From Azolla caroliniana (lineage: Eukaryota; Plantae; Polypodiophyta): a stretch of 64,000 bases of DNA. The notes below the pieces were generated by a model. It worked only from the letters and a program-made list of their open reading frames with translations. It ran no database searches and had not been told where the DNA came from. The position numbers and the translations under genes are program-made. Of this stretch, positions 38,461 to 51,517 are shown piece by piece; the first letter of the stretch is position 1; each line of letters starts with the position of its first letter. The stretch spans positions 17,608,001-17,672,000 of the forward strand of contig JBHGNT010000018.1 in assembly GCA_043228905.1 (NCBI GenBank), read 5' to 3'.

Positions 38461-41400
38461 GCACTGTATAGGAGTTACACCAATAACTCTATCATCTTCT
38501 GAGTTTGCCCTAGGTCATATTTATACTAATATGACTTTCGGGCTATTTACAAATATAGCCCAGTGGGCTCTCTGGAACATATTAACATATATGTCCCTTC
38601 CATCCGATGAGAGGTTCTCACTAGGCCTGCAACATCCGGTTCTCACCGGGTCTTCCGATGTCGGGCCCTCGTATCCCATCCGGAGGGACCGAGATCCTAA
38701 CAAACTCCCCCTTCACTCCGGCAGGGGATGCCTTGTCAATCTGATCTGCTTCCAGCATGCGTCTAGCTTGTCGGGCGTCAGCACCTTGAGCATATCCGAC
38801 CCGTTATCCTCCGTGTGGATCTTCGTCAACACGAACTCTCGGTCTTCTACTCGCTCCCGAATCCAGTGGTACCTCCGTTGGATGTGCTTCGTCCTGGAAT
38901 GATATGCTGCGTTCTTCACAAGGTGGATGGCACTTTGACTGTCGCAATAGAGCCGGTATTTCTCTTGCCGAATCCCTAGCTCTTCGATGAAGTCCTTCAT
39001 CCATAGTATTTCGATGAGCCGCCATGTACTCCGCTTTCGTGGTTGACAACGCAATTGTCTTTGCAACCTTGATTTCCACGAAACAGCTCCCCCCGCATAT
39101 GTCATGACATATCCGAATCGGTGAAACCGTCAAGTTGGGGTTTACCAGAGCCGAATCGGAGACACACACTTGAGGTGCCTTTCAAGTATCGGAGTATCCA
39201 TTTTACCGCATTCTAGTGCTCCTTGCCAGGATTGCTCATAAACTGGCTCACCACTCCGACTGCATATCCGATATCCGGTCGGGTACACACCATTGCGTAC
39301 ATTAGGCTCCCGATGGCAGAGGCATATGGTATCTTCATCATATCCACCTTCTCTGTCTTCGTCTTCGGGCTTTGCTTACTGGATAACCTGCAGTTTGCCG
39401 GAAGTGTCGATCCGACCAGTTTCGCATATGACATGTTGAACCGTTGAAGCACCTTTGTCACGTACTTATCCTGTGACAGCCACAATTGCTTCATTGGCCG
39501 GTCCCGGATAATATGCATCCTTGGCATTTGTCTTGGCATTTGTCTTGTCGGACCCAAGTCTTTCATTGAGAAGGTCCGGTTCAGGGCCTTCTTCAACATC
39601 CGTATGTAGACTTGGTCTCGTCCAACGATCAACATGTCGTCCACGTACAAGAGGAGTATCAGGAAGTTTCCACCTTTGAACTTCTTCACAAATACGCAAT
39701 GATCGGCCTGCGTCTTGTGGTACCCTTGATCGGTGATGAAGGAGTCGAACTTCCGGTACCATTGCCGGGAAGCCTGCTTCAACCCGTAGAGGCTCTTTTT
39801 TAACCGGCAAACCAGGTGCTCCTTCCCTTTCTTCACAAATCCCTCCAGTTGCTGCATGTAGATCTCCTCTTCGAGGTCGCCATGGAGGAATGTCGTCTTC
39901 ATGTCTAACTGCTCTACCTCGAGGTCCATGCTTGCCGCTATGCTCAGCACCATCTGGATGGAAGTCATCTTTACTACCGAGGCAAATATCTCGTCGAAGT
40001 CTACGCCTTTCTTCTCCTGGAACCCCTTCACCACGATCCTGGCTTTGTACCTTGGAGGGTTGCCGGCATCTTCCGGTTTCAACTTGTACACCCACTTGTT
40101 TCAGAGTGCCCTCTTTCCTTTCGTCAACTCCACCAATTCATATGTGTGGTTCTCATACAGGGCATCCATCTCGTCCTGCATGGCACTCAACCACTTGCGG
40201 CTATGGGTGTCATGCTTTGCTTCTTCGAAGCTTTCCGGCTCCCCCTCATCGATCAACAGCACATGCTCTGCATCTAGAAATCTTCGGGGGGCCCTTCTCT
40301 CTCTGAGAAGGTATCTTCGTCTTTGGCTTTCGGCAACCGGCGCCTCTATTTGTTCTCCATCCGAATTCGATTCGGGGTCTTGGCCGGTTCCGGTTTCAGC
40401 TTCGTCTACTACTTCTTATGTCGGTTCGGTATCCTTACCGTAATCGGCTGGTTCCTCGGGTGTCAATTGGCTCTTAGCTGGATGGGTCCGAATCTCATCG
40501 GAGTTTCATTATCTTCTTCTCCGACTCCCAGTCGGCAAGAGTCTTGTCCTCCATGAAGATAATATCTCGGCTCCGGAACACCTTCTTGTCAACCGAATCC
40601 CACACTCGATAGCCGAAATCATCATCGCCGTATCCAAGGAATATGCATGGTCGGGTCTTTGGATCCAACTTTCCTCTCCGGTCCTTAGCAACATGCACAT
40701 ACGCGAGACACCCGAACACCTTCAAATGCCGATAGGACACTTCCTTACTGTTCCACACCTTTTGTGGCGTGTCTCCATCCAAGGGCACTGAGGGTGATCT
40801 ATTTATCACATACGTCGATGTCGACAGCGCCTCAGGCCAAAACTTCTTGGGTAGTTTAGCATGTGCTAGCATACTTCGGACCCTCTCCATTATGCTCCGG
40901 TTCTTCCTCTCGGCTAGCCCATTTAGTTCCGGCGTCTTCGGCACGGTAAATTCGAGCTGGATTCCCTTCGAGCGACAGTACTCCTCGAACTGCCCCCGGT
41001 ATTCCCCTCCGTTATCTGCTTGAACTGCCTTCAGCTTCCGTCCGGTTTCTCTTTCCACTCTTGCGTGGAGCTCCTTGAAGACGGATAACACCTAATCCTT
41101 CTTCTTCAACGGTGTGGCCCATAGCCTCCTAATGTGGTCATCTATGAACGTCACAAAGTATTGTGCTCCGGCATGGGACTTCGTGTCCACTTGACACACA
41201 TCGGTGTGCACCAACTCCAATGGTGCATTACATCTCATCGGTGTCCTTGATTGGAAGGAGGTCCGGTTTTGCTTACCGGTTAGGCAGTCAGTGCACCTCT
41301 CAAGATGCACGTTCTTCACCGGAATGAGGTTGTCATCAGCAAGCCTCTTCATCCCCTTCACGCTCATGTGACACAGTCTCTTGTGCCACGGCTCACCAGC

Positions 41401-43008
41401 AGTGTCAGAAGCCACGTTCATTTCTTTCAGGCATAACCGGGCATTCATCAAGTACAACGTGTTGACCTTTTGGGCCCAAGCCACTATCAGGCTCCCTTTG
41501 CTGAATTTCATGACTCCGTTCTGGATGCTACCCATGTAGCCTTCATCATCTAGCCGACCGGCTGATATCAGGTTCAGTCGAACCTCCGAAACGTGTCGGA
41601 CATCCTTCAGCAATAGCTTGCATCCGGTTGGTGTTGTCAACCACGCATCTCCTATGCCGACAATTTGGCATATACCTTCATTCCCCATTCGAACACAGCT
41701 GTGATCACCGGCTGTGTAGGATGAGAAGTATTTCTGGTCCGGGGTAAGGTGGAATGACGCTCTGGAATCAACAACCCACATTGTCTCGTCGCCGACAAGG
41801 TTCAACTCACTCTCCTCGGTGATGAGCATCAACTCTTCTTCACTTGCCGCGATTGTCGTCGTTCCCTTCCAGTTCGGTCCCCTCCAGTCTTTACCGTTCC
41901 GGTCCAGTGTCCGCTTCGAATTGGTACCATCAGTTTCCTTGTCTTTTTGGAAGTGCCGATAGTTCTTCTAGAAGTGTCCCGGCTTGCCGCAATAGAAGCA
42001 AACTAGGCCTCCCCCTTCACTTTGACCGTGTCCCCGACTTTTCTCGGTTTTGGGGACTACGGTTCCTTTGTCTTCCGTGTTCCGATTCGGTAAGGAGCAC
42101 TTTGGAGTCGGAACTCGTATCCTTGTCTTTCCGACGGACCTCCTCATCTAGCAAGCTCGACTTCACTCTTGCTAGGGATAATCGTTTCCCTTCCGGCCCG
42201 GCGTTGCCCAAAGTGACAACCAACGTCTCCCAGCTATCTGGGAGGGAACCGAGCAGGAGTAGTGCTAGTACCTCATCGACGAGAGGTACTTCCAATGATG
42301 TTACCTAGTGGATCAGCCCTTGGAAGGCATTCATGTGCTCCGCCATGCTGGAGCCATCTTGGTACCGGAGTCTTACTAGCTTCCGAAATATCGAAACCTG
42401 ATTAACAACATTTTTGTTCTGAAACATAATGTCGATCTTCTCTCAGAGCTCATGAGCCTTGCTCTCTTCCTTGAAGTTGTTGTATAGACTCATGTCAATG
42501 AAGCACCGTATGTACGTTGTTGTCTTCATGTGCATCACTTCCCATATCGTGGCATCGATTTTGTCTGGTCTCTTGTCCCCGAACTAAACCAGCAACCAAA
42601 GATCTTCAACCACGAGCATGTCCCTCATCTTCGACTTCCACACTGAGTAGTTGGAGCCGGTGAGCTTGAACATGCCTCCCAACGAATCGTCCATTTTTCT
42701 GTGTCGTTTCGCTCTGATACCACTTTGACGAGAAATGTGCGGAATAATCTTCGGCCACAACCAAAGCTTAGATCACTTGATGACAATCAAACACAGAAGA
42801 AATGGGTATGGAGGTAATTACAAAAACAGAAAAAAAAGAGATGCACAGGATGTTAACGTGGAAAACCCTGAGAGGGAAAAAACCACGGGATCCCATAGAC
42901 TCCAAACTATCACTATGTAAAAAATACAACAGAGAGCACAAAGGCAATGACCTCTTTCTCTCAATCTTCGCCTGGCGGCGGTTACAGCAGAGACACAATT
43001 TATGTATA

Positions 43009-43068
<60 letters not shown>

Positions 43069-43390
43069 GCACTGTACAGGAGTTACACAAATAATTCTAT
43101 CATCTTCTGAGTTTGCCCTAGGCCATATTTATACTAATATGACTTTCGGGCTATTTACAAATATAGCCCCAATGGGCTCTCTGGAACATATTTACATATA
43201 TGTCCCTTCCATCCGATGAGAGGTTCTCACCGGGCCTGCAACATCCGATTCTCACCGGGTCTTCCTTGTCGGGTACTCGTCATCCGGTTCTCACCGGGTC
43301 TTCCGTTGTCGGGCACTCGACATCCGGTTCTCACCGGGTCTTCCGATGTCGGGCCTTCGTATCCCATCTAGAGGGATCGAGATCCTAACA
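38137..43390 (-). mobile_element. Full-length Ty1/copia family B element with 5-bp TSD TTCGG
   Basis: LTRs 38137-38702 and 42726-43390; TTCGG at 38132-38136 and 43391-43395; iMet PBS 42711-42722; PPT 38703-38713; gag-PR-IN-RT-RH ORFs with stops. Confidence 0.96.
38713..42693 (-). pseudogene. gag-pol of the nested copia, disrupted
   Basis: ORFs 42017, 41092, 40495, 39213 (YVDD), 38713. Confidence 0.92.
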
Positions 43391-44410
43391 TTCGGGTGTC
43401 TCGCTTACGTGCATGTGGCAAAGGACTGGAGAGCAAAATTGGATCCAAAGTCCCGGCCTTGCATATTCCTCGGATACGGTGATGATGAGTTCCGCTACCA
43501 AGTGTGGGATCCGGTCGACAAGAAGGATTTCTGGAGTCGAGATATTATCTTCATGGAGGACAAGACCCTTGGCGATTGGGAGTTGAAGAAGAAGATAATG
43601 AACTCCGAGTCGACCAGTAAGGATCGGTTCCATGAGATACGGACCTACGCGGCTTAGAGCTGGTTGACACTCGAAGAACTGGCCGGTTATGAAGAGGAAA
43701 CCGAACCGACCGAAGAAGAAGAAGAAGCGAAACCGGAACCGGCCTAGATCCCAAATCGGATTCAGAGGAAGAACAAATAGAGGAGCCGGTTACCGAAAAC
43801 CGAAGTCGGAGATATCCTCTCAGAGAGAGAAGGGCCCTCCAGAGATTTCCGGATCCAAAGCATGTGCTGCTAACTAATGAGGGGGAGCCGGAAAGCTTCG
43901 AAGAAGCTAAGAGAGACACCCACAGCCACAAGTGGTTGAGTGCCATGCAGGACAAGATGGATTCCCTGCATGAGAACCACACGTATGAATTGGTGGAGTT
44001 GCCGAAAGGAAAGTGGGCAGTCCGAAATAAGTGGGTGTACAAGGTGAAACCGGGAGACGCTGGCAAGCCCATGAGATACAAGGCCCGGATCGTGTTCAAG
44101 GGGTTCTAGCAAAAGAAAGGAGTGGACTTCAACGAGATATTTACCCGGTAGTAAAGATGACTTCCATTCAGACGGTGCTGAACATAGCGGCAAGCATGGA
44201 CCTCGAGGTAGAGCAGTTAGACGTGAAGATGGCGTTCCTCCACGGCGACCTCGAAGAGGAGATCTATATGCAGCAACTGGAGGGATTTGTGAAGAAAGGG
44301 AAGGAGCACCTAGTTTGCCGGTTGAAGGAGAGCCTCTACGGTTTGAAGCAGGCTCCCCGGCAATGGTACCAGAAGTTCGACTCCTTCATGGCCAATCAAG
44401 GGTACCACAT

Positions 44411-46546
44411 GATTCGAGTATGGGGCACTTGATAGTTCAAGGATTTCCATTTCAACTTTCTCCTTGAGTAGCTCCATCACCTTCGGGATGTGGGCTCTCG
44501 ACACCGAAATCAGTTTGAGACTCCACGGTACATGCGACTTCGTGAAGATCACCACCAGTTCTATGATCGTCGGGTCGACGCACCAGATTTCCCCCGGTGA
44601 GAATGCAAAGGCTTTCCCGTGCCTTTGGAGCATTCTCAAAAACCGGTCTTCCTCCGCTTGCAGTAGTAAGCCACCCCCACCGATCTTGAGCTTCCGTAGT
44701 TTCTCATCGGTGAACCGATGTCCTATGTCAGCCGGATCTCGCAAACTTCGGTCGGTCGCGACCACTTTCATTCACTCCCAGTTGTCCTTCGGTAAGGTTG
44801 CCACGACTGGACTCACCTTTATGTCCACAGTCTTGTACTTTGTGTCTACTTGGGCTGTCCAATCCGACCCACCATCCTCCCAAAGTTCGTGATGACTTCG
44901 TACATTTCAACATAACTAACTGTAATCATCCAGTCTTCGCTTAGATCCTCTCCAACAACGTTCTTGATCTCTCCGAGAGTATCGTCGAACGAGACCACTT
45001 CCACGGTGCCACTTATCGAGTCTTCGGGGTCCAAGGCTCTGTATGCCTTTAAACTCCTTTCAACTTACTTCTTCTCTTGGCCACTGATGTCGGTTGTTAT
45101 ACTTCCTCCATTTTCAGAAAGCCAAAACTTCCTACTTAATAGTGTACAAGTGTGGGGTTTCTTCCGTATGTTCAGACTATCGTGGCCCCACACCTTGACA
45201 GTCCTCTCGAAGAGACCTGTCAACGCTTGTGGTTTGACCGGACAATTAAGCACTGGACGGAGTGTCAACGTCTTGGTTTTTCACACGCGCATATGACGAA
45301 CCGTTGTCTAGCACTTTGGTCTCCATTTGAGCCGTCGTAATGTAAGGTTTGCCGAGAATCACTGGATGGGAGGATGTCTCCTCCACGAAGATGTGTTGGT
45401 CAATCTCGACATCCCCAACCTTCACTCGAACATTTGGGCATGCTCCGTTCCGTGTAGCTCCTCCGTGGCTCGGGTCGGGGATGGGCCCTTGACTATGCCC
45501 CCGGTGGGCCCTTGACTACGTCGGTCGGAACCGCACCCAACTTGAGCCACCTTTGGGTTTCCTTCGACCATTGTTGTGTTGTTACGCTCTCGTGTATGAA
45601 ATAAGGCGGGACCGCGGGGGCCCTGAACTGAGGAGCGTGAGAGAGAGGAGGGAAGGAGATTCGTAGAAACATATAGAGACAGAAACGAAAGAATCAATTT
45701 CAATAACAGTATGTATTATAGAGCTTGCAATGTTACAACCGGCAAGCTGGTGACAGACTCGACACAAACAAACACACGCATTGAAATACGCAGTGGAGCC
45801 TCTACTGGAAGCACACGGGCTTTCACGCAATAGAGGCAACCAACCTAACCCAAAACCCCTGCAGAAGCAATAGCGATAGTGGAGGAGAGAGCTCGGTTCC
45901 CAGTCCGACAACACTTCACAACTCGTGGGAATCCGGACAACCGTCTGTCCTCCGGGATATCCCTCATTATCATTTCGGCTCGGTAGGCCTCCAGATAGCT
46001 TGTCATGTCCTTCCCATTAAATCGGCCTATCATACCGACTATCGTCTCTATGGCCCTTTCAAGGCCACCTGCGCCCTCCCGCACATTTACTATCCGGTCG
46101 ACGGCCACCACCATTGTCTCTGCTAGTTCACTTCCTCTCATCTTCGGACTACTCTACCGCCCCTTTCACATCGGGTTCACCAATGATGTTGCGGTTTTCC
46201 ACGGGTCTGTGCCAAAACGGGCGGGACCACCAGGGTCTTGGACCAAGGAGCCGATGAGAGAGGAAGGTTGTCCGGAATGGCTTCCAGACACGTATCCGCT
46301 CCGGATCAATTCCAGGATGCCGAATGATGAGCGTGCGGGCTCAAAATCGACTATTGTTCCGAAACCAACTGCCAGATAACAACAAAGAGCGCACGGGCTC
46401 ACGTACTCAGACACACACAATCAACGGAACATAATAGAGATAAGGACACTTGGATGCATGATACACATAGAGAGACTCAGTAAATTAATGATTAACAGAG
46501 AACCAAGAGGGAATACAACTGGTTGCGGTCGGCAGTAGAGCTTCGA

Positions 46547-46585
<39 letters not shown>

Positions 46586-47029
46586 TGATGAGCCTCTGGT
46601 CGGGATCTCGCGGGCTACCTACGCAAGCAGAGGACTCCGCCTTCTTCCCAGAAACAACATAGAACAGAAAACAGAGGGAACGATAGAGCTCGGATCTCAT
46701 ACCGGCAACACTTAGTTCTCCCTAACGGTCGATACCCAAAACAATTCAAAGCCTCCCCTTTTATAGCCCAAGGGGAGGCCGTTACACCACGTTTAAGAAT
46801 CTGATTCAATTAGCGATTCTCCCCCAGTTTTCTCCCCACACATATTTTATTCTTCTCTTTTCGTGGGACATTAAAGTTCCCATCAAAATCCTACTACCTA
46901 GTACTTATTAGCCTTATGTTATTTACACATCTTTGTACATAAAGACAACTTTGTGTGCATCCGTGCACACACCCCTGTTCCCCTGCTCTCCGGCTCTTTT
47001 CCTCCTAGTAGCCGGAATTCCTCACGACA
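44411..47029 (-). mobile_element. Ty3/gypsy G4: 5' LTR 46187-47029, Trp PBS 46166-46182, deleted gag-PR and RT start
   Basis: ORFs 45845-46141 (gag, homologous to G1) and 44310-44771; right junction CACGACA|ACGG. Confidence 0.9.
45572..45915 (-). repeat. Truncated G1-like LTR inserted in G4 gag
   Basis: tgttgtgttgttacgc..aggcgggaccgcggggg matches 9479-9530. Confidence 0.8.
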
Positions 47030-47033
47030 ACGG

Positions 47034-47310
47034 GCGGATCTGATGGAGTCGAAAGACAACGATTATTAGCCTTCATCCAACAATTCTTGTCCTCTCCATT
47101 TCTTGAGTCAGTGGGCCTTCATATAGGATGAAACTATCATGTCCAATGGCCTCATGGATGGATCTGATGGAGTTGAAAGACAAGGATTAACCTTCATCCA
47201 ACAATGGTTGTCCTCTCCGTTTCTTGAGTCAATGGGCCTCAATATAAGATGGAACTATCATGTCCCTACTAGGTTCTCCTCTATAAAATTTTATAAATAA
47301 TGGAAGGAGT
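47034..47310 (+). mobile_element. L1-type LINE 3' end, tandemly duplicated (~125 bp x2)
   Basis: Homologous to 58605-58785. Confidence 0.7.
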
Positions 47311-47329
47311 TTTTTTGGAAAAAAGAGAG

Positions 47330-47930
47330 AGTTAATAAGCTTCTTACTTTTTAATCTCTTAGATATAAAAAATAGGACTTTGACAATAAAAAGGGGGATA
47401 TTTTACTTCACATTAAAAAGGGAACCGACACTAATAATATTTTTATAATATATGTAAAACTTAAAAAGTATTTGTTTTATATTTAATAAAAAAATAAAAT
47501 GTTCATTCTCCTACAAAATTTGATATTTTTATTTGACATTAAAAAGGGTAGGAAAGAAAGAAGTAAATAAAAATTTAAAAAAAAGAAAAATTTTAAAAAA
47601 AAGAAAAAAGGAAAAGTAAGAAAAAAATTTTAAAAAATTAATAAAAGGGTCATTAATTCCTTATTTTTTAGTCTCCCACAAAATTTTATATTTTTATCTT
47701 ATATTAAAAAGGGAATCAAAGGTTAATAATATTTTTATAATAGATGTAAAACTTAAAACTATTTGTTTTATTTTTAATAAAATTATAAAAAAATGAAAAA
47801 TGAAAAAAAAGTTTCATTAATTCCCCACTTTTTACTCTCCCACAAATTTGATATTTTTATTTGACATTAAAAAAGGGACCTCAGACTAATCATATGTTTT
47901 TATAATAGATAAAAAAAATATTTATTTATT
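47330..47930. repeat. AT-rich degenerate repeat array (tttttatttgacattaaaaaggg cores)
   Basis: About four recurrences at ~47400, 47527, 47692 and 47855. Confidence 0.6.
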
Positions 47931-48267
47931 TAAATAATAAATAATAAAGGAACAAATTTTCAATATTCCTATGGCCATTTTATATTCTCAAATATTGCGA
48001 AAGTTAGAGATGGAGAATATCACAAATATCACACATCTGTCAATCATAGTCGTATGTATTTATTGAGTCATTGTACCTCCACATATAATGGAACTATTGG
48101 AACCCTTCCCCTTTCTGGATTTGTATATAACATTCTTATCTCTAAAATGTTTAATAACTAATGGAATGACTTATGAGAATAAATGAAAGATTCGAAATTC
48201 GAAATATTTAATGGCAATAATAATAGGTACGTCTAGAATCTAGTTATTGAGAGGGCACCCACAACAT

Positions 48268-48470
48268 TTTCATATGGAAGGAAGCTTCGGAAAGAAATAA
48301 ATTTTGGGGTCTCTAACTAGCTTACCGCAGTTCTAACGGTTTGAAAGTCTACAAAACTGTTTGGTTTGAGCTTGATTTTTACCAAACTGAACCGTACCGA
48401 ACCGTTGCCGATTGCTAGTCATACAGACCCCCAAAATTTATTTATTTCTTGAGGCTTCCTTCCATGAGAA
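48268..48470. repeat. Inverted repeat (~50-bp arms) around a hAT-like MITE relic (48318-48418)
   Basis: atggaaggaagcttc..aaataaattttggggtct versus agacccccaaaatttattt..gcttccttccat. Confidence 0.75.
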
Positions 48471-48584
48471 AAAAGTCTTTTGTTTGGAGGAGGGAAACCG
48501 CACCATTGAAATATCACTCTATCGTTGACAATACGAATGGGTAACGGATTGACAATATGAATACTCAAATTAGTTTCCCATTCT

Positions 48585-48717
48585 TAAGCATGGATTATAA
48601 TACAATAATCTTGGGAAAACTATTATTGTAAGCATGGATTATAATACAATAATCTTGGGAAAACTATTATTGTAAGCATGGATTATAATACAATAATCTT
48701 AGGAAAACTATTATTGT
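48585..48717. repeat. 44-bp tandem repeat x3, nearly perfect
   Basis: taagcatggattataatacaataatcttgggaaaactattattg at 48585, 48629 and 48673. Confidence 0.95.
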
Positions 48718-49055
48718 GATGTTAGGGGTTTGAAAACAAAGAAATTGTATGGAAATTCTGCATATTATATATATATATAATCTGCACATTTGCAGAAGAA
48801 AATCACAGATTTTCATTACAGCATCCAAGCAAATGAAGACAAGTCCAAAAATGAAATTCATAAACAGAATCTATGGATTTATGTCTGTCTTTTTTTCTAT
48901 CTATGTACATACAGAATCTCCTATTTAACCCCTCTTTCGTTTTTAACTGTCCAAATATTCTATGATCTTCTTCTCTGTGCCTTCTTCATCTCTCTGTTTG
49001 CTCTCCTCCTCCCTATTACTCTGCTGATTAATCTCTCTCCATTCCTCTGCAAACC

Positions 49056-49310
49056 ATGACCATGACCATTCACAATACAACCCAAAGCCTTTGCATGGTA
49101 GAGGTTATGAACCGCTGCAACCTGCAGATTAATGCTAACCTCGACATGGAAATCCATCCCCTATCCAATCAGATTTTCAGGCTCCCAAGGCCGGATGAAC
49201 AGATCTACATCATATGCAATGGTTCCCGTCTACATGTCACTCCCATCCTTGCCAATATGTTTGTCGTCAGCATCAATGGTGTCATCACTGTCGTGGATCG
49301 TCTGATTTAG
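49056..49310 (+). CDS. Small (84 aa) divergent member of the beta-protein family, lacking the MG start (copy P3)
   Basis: IHN..C..EV, I.P.S....LP, II.NGSR and NG...VVDR shared with P1/P2; pyrimidine-rich leader; aaaccATG context. Confidence 0.75.
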   Translation: MTMTIHNTTQSLCMVEVMNRCNLQINANLDMEIHPLSNQIFRLPRPDEQIYIICNGSRLHVTPILANMFVVSINGVITVVDRLI

Positions 49311-49749
49311 GAGTAGTGGGGAGTAGTCAGAAAGGTTGCCATCAGAGAGATGGAATTTCTTCTGTGTGAAGTCTGCTAGCTTAATTAATAACGCAGGAGT
49401 GAGTGTATGGCTCGCTCTAATTTTTTCTTTAATTTTTTAGAAATCGGTGTTTGTTAAAGCGTTTAATGCAATTAAACGTTTTAGTAAACTGACTTAAGTG
49501 AAGCTGATGAAAATCTTGATTAATTAATTTAAGTTGGAATGAATTGGGGGAAAAACTTTTGGAGAAGTAAAATTTAAAATGTCCCTTCTTGATCTTATTA
49601 TTATGGAAGGAGAGGTGCTCTTTTGTTTTTTGTCATTTGATTTGTGATAATAATAAAAAAGAAGCATATATTGTTTCTATATTGTGTCCTCTTATTAGCT
49701 GCATTTCTATGTAACTTTCGAATCGGTCAGTTTTTCTGTGTATACATAG

Positions 49750-50050
49750 TCAGAATTCAAATCAAGAAACAATCCAGATTTTGAGCAGTTTGTCATAGTC
49801 TCATCTTAATCATATCAATTTAAGCAATCTAGAGTTTTAAGCTATTTACCATAGACTAGTCTTAATCAGATCAAGAAGCAATCCAAAAGATGGGAAGCTT
49901 ATCATAGTCTGGTTATATTCAAGATCAAGAAAGCAAGGGAATTCAGAATTTGGACAGTTGATCGTAACTTTATTGTTGAAGAAACAATCCAAGAGTTAGG
50001 GTAGTTTATTTTATAGCTTAGTTTCAATCAAAATCTAGAAGCAAAAGATG
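49750..50050. repeat. Degenerate ~55-60-bp repeat array
   Basis: Recurrent atcaagaa.caatcca..g...gcagttt.tcatagtct. Confidence 0.55.
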
Positions 50051-50559
50051 GATGCCAAGATTAATCTTTCAGCAGTGACAGAAGAGGGTCAGATTAAGGA
50101 TCCTTCTTGTTTTTGATACATTAGAATCATTCAGAGGGCTATTATTGCACAACTAATGATGAGCATGCGAGATGTCTGATCCATGGCCGCCTGTTCTTCT
50201 CTGCAAACAAGTTAGGGCTTGTGGTCCCAATTGAATATACAAACTCAGGCATTGATAAAAAAGGAACAACTTTCTCTGAAAAGTAAAATTGCTTCAGTTC
50301 CAACTTTATGGAATTTCAAAGAATCTAATGTTTATTCTGCAAATCTCTTCAATTTGTTTACAGTATCAACATTTAAAGAAAACAAGGTGCACTTCAGTTG
50401 AGCGACTTTTGTCCAAACCTTAGAGGAGGCCAATGATAGAACTGTTTTTCAAGATCTTCGGCTAATCAATGATGCAGACTATAACCCAATCATTGGAAAA
50501 ATGAACGAAAAAAGCTACGGCACGAGAGGCACTTGAAATATGCTTATTGAAATAGCAGG

Positions 50560-51500
50560 TTCTGAGCCTAAGGATTTCTAAGGAAACAATTAGTGGAGGT
50601 AATTAGTTGGAAGTATCCTACTAATTGCAGAAACAGAAGGTTTAGTTAGAGGAGGGCACCCAACATTTAGCAGTGGAATTCAATCCTTAATGGATATTAT
50701 GTCTTTCAATGACATAAACGAATTTGGTGACACGATATAAAATTATGTGTGGGTCTGCTATCAATGGTGGCATTACTATCCTCCCAATTCTCCTTGGACA
50801 GATTTGGTGAATTTGATGAAAACTCTTTGCTCTTGACTACTAAAATCACGTCTCGATCAATCGGGAAGTTGATGGAGGATTTCATTGGCTCGAAATGGTT
50901 GTTTGAAGTTCTTCAGAATCGCCAATTCTTTCGCCAAGTTTGGACGGTCTTATCTCCAAATATTCTTTGGTTTTCGCATTTCGATTTCCATCCTTGTTTT
51001 AGATCTTAAACCAAATAAACAACCATGAATTTTAGTCACTTCATGAAAATGGGGGAAGTTTAAGCATATGTCTGATAAACTCCCTTCACCTTGCCTTAAT
51101 TTCATCCACTCCTCCATCAAACGAGTTGCTTCATTTGGTGGGATAAAATATTGTTGGATTCGAGTTGTGAAGGCTTGCCATCCCATGAAGTGATATGTAT
51201 TCTCTCTGGCAAGATACAAATTTAAGGCCGTCCCTTCTAAGAAGTTTGTTGCACATGTATTCTCCATTGGTCTTGAGGTATACCACTTTGTTGAAGAAAG
51301 TGTTCTACCTCATGAACCCACCTATTCAAGGTTAAGCGATTTTTGTTTACCCGTGTACATCCTAGGTTTGATTGCCATGAATCGTCTGCCTCTCCCTTCT
51401 ATACCCCTACTTGCATTTTTTAGGAGAAGATCCACTAGTATTTCTAATCTGATCCTTCAATCGGGCTTGGTTGTTGCCATCATCCGTGACGACAAGTCTT
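50560..51500 (-). pseudogene. Old Ty3/gypsy gag-protease relic, different lineage from G1-G4
   Basis: ORF 50950-51267 (FLEGTALN..W..F...F.P...L.Q, retrotransposon gag); IDSRPTHNFI protease-like motif at ~50735-50770. Confidence 0.7.
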
Positions 51501-51517
51501 CTAGTCGTCTTTTCCCT

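Larger units (their letters stand above)
37331..44410 (+). mobile_element. Copia family B (Tnt1/Tork-like) pol fragment, host of the nested element
   Basis: ORFs 37337 (LWHKRLCH, CADC), 37877, 43346 (FGCLAYVH resumes after the TSD), 43864, 44031. Confidence 0.9.

Noticed and set aside
38213-38902. 229-aa plus-strand ORF and similar LTR or antisense ORFs
   Set aside because: Runs through an LTR CT repeat and antisense RNaseH; not conserved in the sister LTR
48268-48470. pre-miRNA hairpin
   Set aside because: Arms are better explained as duplicated upstream sequence around a MITE; no small-RNA evidence available
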